63,860 nucleotides of DNA. Source: a virus (lineage: Duplodnaviria > Caudoviricetes). Positions within the stretch are counted from its first letter, which is position 1; each line of letters starts with the position of its first letter. Shown piece after piece: positions 59,266-63,860 of this stretch. The notes beneath the pieces were generated by a model that was given only the letters and a program-made list of their open reading frames with translations, searched no databases and was not told the DNA's origin. The position numbers and the translations under genes are program-made. The stretch spans positions 1-63,860 of the IMG/VR virus record IMGVR_UViG_3300046366_000135; one strand, 5' to 3'.

Positions 59266-59511
59266 ATGAAGGAAAAGTGGAATCTTTGGGTTGAGTTTAA
59301 ATCTGAGATACAATTCAGAAAATTCTTAACCAAAGTCAGAACAACTTCTGCATTGAGGGGGTTTCTATCCTCTAATGATGCCTCAACAAAAATCATGGAG
59401 TTTAGATTTGAACTGAACCCAGAACCATTCGCAAAAACATTCCCAAAATCAGCATGTAATTCTGTAATTTATGCAAAAGAAGGAACAACAGAAAGATTTG
59501 TCATCATATAA
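59266..59511 (+). CDS. hypothetical protein
   Basis: Small-gene array. Confidence 0.6.
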   Translation: MKEKWNLWVEFKSEIQFRKFLTKVRTTSALRGFLSSNDASTKIMEFRFELNPEPFAKTFPKSACNSVIYAKEGTTERFVII

Positions 59512-59523
59512 AAGCTATCATCG

Positions 59524-59829
59524 ATGGAATACAATGAAGAAACTGGGGAAGTGGAATCTATGAAAGTTCATTTCTTAGATTTAGACCCAAATTATGAATA
59601 TCATGTGCAATGGTGTGATGTCATGGTGTGGAGATTTAAAAATGCTCCTTATTGGGCAAAATACCTTTCTATTAATGGTGGAGATGAGGATTGGTTAGCT
59701 ATCTGCACAGTTAAATTCTGGAACCAACAAAATCATTACATCCCTTGGATTGACCGTATGGGAGTTTGTGATGTAGATGTGTTTGAAGTTGATGAAAAAT
59801 TCATGGTCTTTATTGGCTCACACGCTTAA
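59524..59829 (+). CDS. hypothetical protein
   Basis: Small-gene array. Confidence 0.65.
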   Translation: MEYNEETGEVESMKVHFLDLDPNYEYHVQWCDVMVWRFKNAPYWAKYLSINGGDEDWLAICTVKFWNQQNHYIPWIDRMGVCDVDVFEVDEKFMVFIGSHA

Positions 59830-60001
59830 AACCTTGACAATAATGAGGACTTTATTAATATCTGTAATCTACATTATTCTACTCAACCTATGTTACTACA
59901 TACCTGATGAGTTTTGGTTCCATTTTGCTTTGGCACTAATTACCCTTACCTTTATGTCAATAACTCATAGAAATTTTAAAACCAAACCTTGACAATAATG
60001 A
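59829..60001 (+). repeat. 18-bp direct repeat flanking one small gene
   Basis: AAACCTTGACAATAATGA at 59829-59846 and 59984-60001. Confidence 0.85.
59843..59992 (+). CDS. 49-aa two-TM protein
   Basis: MRTLLISVIYIILLNLCYY..FALALITLTF; start lies within the repeat. Confidence 0.55.
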   Translation: MRTLLISVIYIILLNLCYYIPDEFWFHFALALITLTFMSITHRNFKTKP

Positions 60002-60108
60002 AAAAGTTACTTATCTTTGTCTTGATTTTACTTACTTCATGTGGCACTATTCGCAGACCTGATGGCTATCAAGCTAAAGCTCGTTGTGGATACCATAAAC
60101 CTAACTAA
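59998..60108 (+). CDS. 36-aa lipoprotein (not in ORF track)
   Basis: MKKLLIFVLILLTS|CGTIRRPDGYQAKARCGYHKPN. Confidence 0.65.
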   Translation: MKKLLIFVLILLTSCGTIRRPDGYQAKARCGYHKPN

Positions 60109-60111
60109 CAA

Positions 60112-60372
60112 ATGATCACTCAAGAAAATGTCAAAACCGGGAAGGTTCAAACACTAAAAACACTACCTCTGGGCCTTAGTTTTGAAAACTACTCTCTTTT
60201 AGATGTACTAACAGGTACAGTAGAATGGAGACATGGTAGTTTCTATACAACAGCTCCTATCTCAATGGTAGAAAAAGCTAAAGGAGAACCAGTTAATTGG
60301 TGCAAGTTTTGCGAAAAATACGTTGTTAATAAATGTATTTGGCAGTCACAGAAAAAACATTGTAAAGAATAA
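60112..60372 (+). CDS. hypothetical protein
   Basis: Small-gene array; CKFC. Confidence 0.55.
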   Translation: MITQENVKTGKVQTLKTLPLGLSFENYSLLDVLTGTVEWRHGSFYTTAPISMVEKAKGEPVNWCKFCEKYVVNKCIWQSQKKHCKE

Positions 60373-60503
60373 TGTCAGAAATTAAAGGAATACTTGAACT
60401 AACTGCACTATTTAGTACAGGGTGTAAAAGGACTCAAGCAGAAGTTGAATTTCTTGCTGTGGAGGATTTGAAAAATAATTCTGAACTTTATAATAGAATG
60501 TAA

Positions 60504-60800
60504 ATGGCTTTAGGAATCAGACATTTGGAAATTATGGGACATTCTCTTGGGATTAATGTCTATCATGCCATTAATTCTAAACAGAAGAGAGACAAAAAGC
60601 TTCCCGAAGAATACTACCAGAATCGTTTCTGTGCTGGTGAAAACCATGATGATTATGTTGACCTTTTCTATCTTGAGAAATTAGGTTACATGGCCAGAGG
60701 CCGGACTATCAATGAAGGTCAAGATATTCTGTGGTATGTTACTGAGGACGGTAAGGATAGGTTCGAGATTTTATTTCATCAATATGTAAATGCTAGGTGA
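60504..60800 (+). CDS. hypothetical protein (wHTH-like)
   Basis: HSLG..YQNRF..LEKLGYM..YVTEDG pattern. Confidence 0.65.
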   Translation: MALGIRHLEIMGHSLGINVYHAINSKQKRDKKLPEEYYQNRFCAGENHDDYVDLFYLEKLGYMARGRTINEGQDILWYVTEDGKDRFEILFHQYVNAR

Positions 60801-61033
60801 TGAAACAGTGGAAATTAATCAATCCCAGGAAAAATATTAGGTTTGCCGTTATTGAGTTTCAGTGGAATAGATACTATTTGAGATTTGGTTCTAGTCCTTT
60901 CAATAGGGATGGACAAGATTTCAAAACCCTACTCGCAGCGAAGATGTGGTATGGTCGGGAAGTTCAAAGCCCTAAACACTACGAAAGGGCAAAATGGGTA
61001 GAAGTAATTGAAGAATCAAAATCACAAAAATAA
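60797..61033 (+). CDS. hypothetical protein
   Basis: Coupled ORF. Confidence 0.6.
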   Translation: MMKQWKLINPRKNIRFAVIEFQWNRYYLRFGSSPFNRDGQDFKTLLAAKMWYGREVQSPKHYERAKWVEVIEESKSQK

Positions 61034-61209
61034 TGAATAACACACATCAACCTTTAACTTTCCTAGAGGCACTGTTTCTACTTCTAGTTTACATGAAAGT
61101 CACCCATGCAATTGACGCTAATTGGTGGCTAGTAGCTTTACCTCTTTTCGCTCCCTCCGTCGCTAGGGCAATTTATAAAACTTATCAAAAATACAAAAAC
61201 CATGAATGA
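61033..61209 (+). CDS. 58-aa membrane protein (not in ORF track)
   Basis: LFLLLVYMKVTHAIDANWWLVALPLF, resembling the common phage LKL.G.I.WSW..V..PL pattern. Confidence 0.6.
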   Translation: MNNTHQPLTFLEALFLLLVYMKVTHAIDANWWLVALPLFAPSVARAIYKTYQKYKNHE

Positions 61210-61453
61210 TAAAATAAAATTGCCAGCAACGTGGATTTATCCACAAGTTATTAAGGGATGGGTTATTATGACTGATTGCCATCCTAACTCAGGGAATCCC
61301 TATGTTCATTGGAGTTCTTTTTCTGAAAAAAGAAAAGAGGCAATTGAGATATTCTTAGCAGGCACTACAACAGAATGGCAGTGGTGGAGAAAAAAATACG
61401 GCTTTAAAGCTGTAAAAGCAGAATCAACAATTTCAATAAATCAAACATTGTGA
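61202..61453 (+). CDS. hypothetical protein
   Basis: Coupled ORF. Confidence 0.6.
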   Translation: MNDKIKLPATWIYPQVIKGWVIMTDCHPNSGNPYVHWSSFSEKRKEAIEIFLAGTTTEWQWWRKKYGFKAVKAESTISINQTL

Positions 61454-61454
61454 T

Positions 61455-61721
61455 ATGGCAACTATTTATTATGGTACTATCAAAACCGTTAGTCCATTTA
61501 TTGCGTTACCCACCTCAGAAATCAAGAAAATTATTTTTCTCGCTCTTGAGAACTATAAACACCCAGCCTCAGGGTTCAGGTTAGAATCAACTGAGGTTCA
61601 TGTCCAAATAGAAGAACCAGAAAGCGAACTGAAACAGGGCATCCTAACCGGACTCCTGATGGCTAGAGAGCTTTTGAAAAGAGGGGGTGATCTGGATGAA
61701 TTAATCAGTTTAAACCGATAA
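61455..61721 (+). CDS. hypothetical protein
   Basis: Coupled ORF. Confidence 0.6.
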   Translation: MATIYYGTIKTVSPFIALPTSEIKKIIFLALENYKHPASGFRLESTEVHVQIEEPESELKQGILTGLLMARELLKRGGDLDELISLNR

Positions 61722-61723
61722 TC

Positions 61724-62698
61724 ATGGAAAAGATACCAATAGAAATCAACAAAGACCCAAGAATATCCTTAGGCTATCCTCATAGGCCAGACGATATGCC
61801 AGAACAGGCACATAATGTTTTTAAATTAAGTCAAATGAGTAATAAAGACCATTTAGATTTTGGGGTTCACCCAAAACTGTCAAAGTATATTATATTAGAG
61901 GATGGAACAATTTTGTACCCTGTAGTAAAAACCAAGAATTCGTTCATGTACCGAGGTAAACAATACGGGATTTGTAATCAAAAAATTAAGGCTGGTACAT
62001 TTAGGGCTAATCTAAGCTTTGATGTGGGTAGGGTGAACCTAGCTTCAGTGTATAGGTTAGTATACCAAACATTTATAGATTCTACTTTAGATAAAAATTA
62101 CCCTATAATTTTCAAAGATGGTAATAGCTTAAACCACCATCGAGATAACCTTGATTTACCAGAGATAAAGCAGATTGACCCTAAATTAGAATATAGGTTA
62201 TTGGATAAATTCCCTGATTATGTTTTCTTTGAGAATGGATTTATTCTACAGAGGGGCTTTGGTAGCTCAGATTTATATAATTTCAATGGTGAGTTATATC
62301 GATCTGCTTCTATAGCTGTAAATCAGGGAGGGTATAAACAGGCCAGTCTAAGAACTAAGAATAACAAATGGATTTGGAAGCCGACTCATTATTTTACGGC
62401 AGTGGCTTTTTTAGGCGAACCTGATAGTTACGATGTAGTTCGGCACTTAGATGGATATAAAAGAAACAATCATTATACTAATCTAGCTTTTGGGAGTTAT
62501 AAAGATAATGCAGAAGACACTATTAGGAATAATTCAGTAACTCATCCTAATGAGAGATTATTACTACCAGAAGAGTGGCAATTATTTAAACATGCCAAGC
62601 TCAGCGGTTTAAGTGATAGCGAGTTAATGCAGAAGTTCCAGTTGTGTAGATATGATTTTAGGCAGATTTTGAAATATCCTAGTCAAACTTTGGCTTGA
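61724..62698 (+). CDS. HNH endonuclease with tandem HNH domains
   Basis: Degenerate RLVYQTF..FKDGNSLNHHRDNL and intact HYFTAVAF..VRHLDGYKRNNHYTNL..N. Confidence 0.85.
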   Translation: MEKIPIEINKDPRISLGYPHRPDDMPEQAHNVFKLSQMSNKDHLDFGVHPKLSKYIILEDGTILYPVVKTKNSFMYRGKQYGICNQKIKAGTFRANLSFDVGRVNLASVYRLVYQTFIDSTLDKNYPIIFKDGNSLNHHRDNLDLPEIKQIDPKLEYRLLDKFPDYVFFENGFILQRGFGSSDLYNFNGELYRSASIAVNQGGYKQASLRTKNNKWIWKPTHYFTAVAFLGEPDSYDVVRHLDGYKRNNHYTNLAFGSYKDNAEDTIRNNSVTHPNERLLLPEEWQLFKHAKLSGLSDSELMQKFQLCRYDFRQILKYPSQTLA

Positions 62699-62842
62699 CC
62701 ACAGTCACTTATTATTTTCGCGTGTGGTGACTAACCACAGGGGTATGCCCTCAGGGCGCGAGAGTGTCCACAAACTCTATCAACTTAATAGACTTTTAAA
62801 AATAAAAAATCCGAACTCAGTAATTAAACCAAGTCCGGTCAT

Positions 62843-62858
62843 TGTTCCACGTGGAACA
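62843..62858. promoter_or_regulatory. parS site (perfect palindrome, intergenic)
   Basis: TGTTCCACGTGGAACA. Confidence 0.85.
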
Positions 62859-62885
62859 TTTAAACTCTACTATTTCTATCTAGTT

Positions 62886-63407
62886 TTATGAATTAAAATA
62901 ATAACCGTTAATTTCTGTTACGTCATGACAATAGTCTGCCCAAACCGCATCCCAATCAATATAAGGTCGTATATTATCAGGACATTCAAACACCTCCTCA
63001 CAATAATCTTTAGCAGATTTGTAGTAGCCAATGTGCGCTTGCTCAGCATCTTCTAAACTACCTCCATTGGCATATTCAATACAAGCCTCTGCAAAGTCCT
63101 CGTCATGGTTGTTAATAAGCTCGTTCAATACATCCCATTCATCACTAATAACTTTGTCTAAAGCTTTCCTAACGTGGTCTTCAGTAGCTTGGTTTAGCTT
63201 TAATCCTTCACCTTGTACTATATTCAATAACTCAGTATCGAATTTAGATAGATCAATGATATTCTTAGGTAGCTCAGTATTACCTTGTGTTAGGTCATAC
63301 CCCGCCTGCCATACGTCAAACAACTCATCAATTAACTCATCTTTAGTATAAGTTGCTACATCATAGCAAGTACCTGCGGCATAAGGGAAATAAATAGATA
63401 GATTCAT
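62886..63407 (-). CDS. ardA: ArdA-like antirestriction DNA mimic
   Basis: Highly acidic; HIGYYKS.KDYCEE..PDNIRPYIDWDAVWAD..INGYYF C-terminal signature. Confidence 0.85.
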   Translation of the reverse strand: MNLSIYFPYAAGTCYDVATYTKDELIDELFDVWQAGYDLTQGNTELPKNIIDLSKFDTELLNIVQGEGLKLNQATEDHVRKALDKVISDEWDVLNELINNHDEDFAEACIEYANGGSLEDAEQAHIGYYKSAKDYCEEVFECPDNIRPYIDWDAVWADYCHDVTEINGYYFNS

Positions 63408-63466
63408 TGTTTTAGATTTTGTTAGTTATGAAAAATTATCTTAAAGGGTTGTACAAGTAAATGGGC

Positions 63467-63727
63467 TTAAACCCTTGATTTTAGCCATTTTTGAAAATCA
63501 TCCTCAGTTAACTCTTTTTCCTCTACATCCATAAACTTAGATTGTGCATCAACTAAGCTTATACCGTAGATAACATGTTTATCATTTGCAGAGGAGTTAA
63601 ACAAACTCCAGTACAGATTATTTCTTCCATCGCCATACTCCACATGCATGTATTTAACAACCTGCATAAAATTAGGGTTGTCAGGGTGTTTATGGCTAGT
63701 CCACTTTGTTATTGTCTCGTTATGCAT
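63467..63727 (-). CDS. hypothetical early protein
   Basis: ORF downstream of a promoter. Confidence 0.6.
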   Translation of the reverse strand: MHNETITKWTSHKHPDNPNFMQVVKYMHVEYGDGRNNLYWSLFNSSANDKHVIYGISLVDAQSKFMDVEEKELTEDDFQKWLKSRV

Positions 63728-63771
63728 TATGTTAAATTTTGCGGCTTGTAGCCCTTGTTACCAATTATGAT

Positions 63772-63802
63772 GCAATATACAATGGTTTTAGTTATTTGTC
63801 AA
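63772..63802 (-). promoter_or_regulatory. Bacteroidota-type promoter for the ardA unit
   Basis: TTG-N20-TATATTGC. Confidence 0.65.
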
Positions 63803-63860
63803 GTCTTTTATTAATTTATTTTCAGAAAAAACAAAAAAAAATTCCCAACCCTAACTAAAG

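Noticed and set aside
62700-62790. Possible hammerhead ribozyme (CTGAGGG...GAAA on the minus strand)
   Set aside because: Core lacks CUGANGA and the helices do not fit.
1-63860. CRISPR array, tRNAs, integrase, parA/parB, reverse transcriptase/DGR, stop-codon recoding
   Set aside because: None recognised by eye. Genes are full length in the standard code, and the polA split is explained by intein motifs. Genes outside the window cannot be excluded.

Overview
The whole window is one AT-rich, densely packed tailed dsDNA phage genome segment with long-tail (siphovirus-like) morphogenesis genes. The host is almost certainly Bacteroidota: there are repeated TTG-N20-TAnnTT(TG/GC) promoters and signal peptides followed by Gln. 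A leftward arm (1-31.6 kb) carries terminase, MazG, an HNH nuclease, a glucosaminidase, four helicases, an SbcCD-like nuclease, a flap nuclease, SSB, family-A DNA polymerase, RNA ligase, primase and DNA methyltransferases. A short rightward unit encodes a resolvase and a YkuD-like enzyme. A leftward virion/lysis arm covers 32.7-58.8 kb, small early-type genes cover 58.9-62.7 kb, and ArdA lies at the right end. No integrase, parA/parB, tRNA or CRISPR was recognised. Most notable: (1) four copies of the host chromosomal centromere parS (TGTTCCACGTGGAACA, two perfect), three hidden inside genes, with no phage ParB in the window; (2) a run of virion-module proteins, including a clear tail fibre and the probable tail tube, with cleavable Sec signal peptides plus Gln, in a Cys-rich virion gene set; (3) a PolA fractured into two genes by a split intein with a free-standing Vsr/EDxHD-type endonuclease between the halves; (4) a tnpB-only element whose empty site can be reconstructed exactly at an ATGA gene overlap; (5) a UvrD intein with a GIY-YIG-like insert. 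All protein calls come from motif recognition by eye; no database searches were run.
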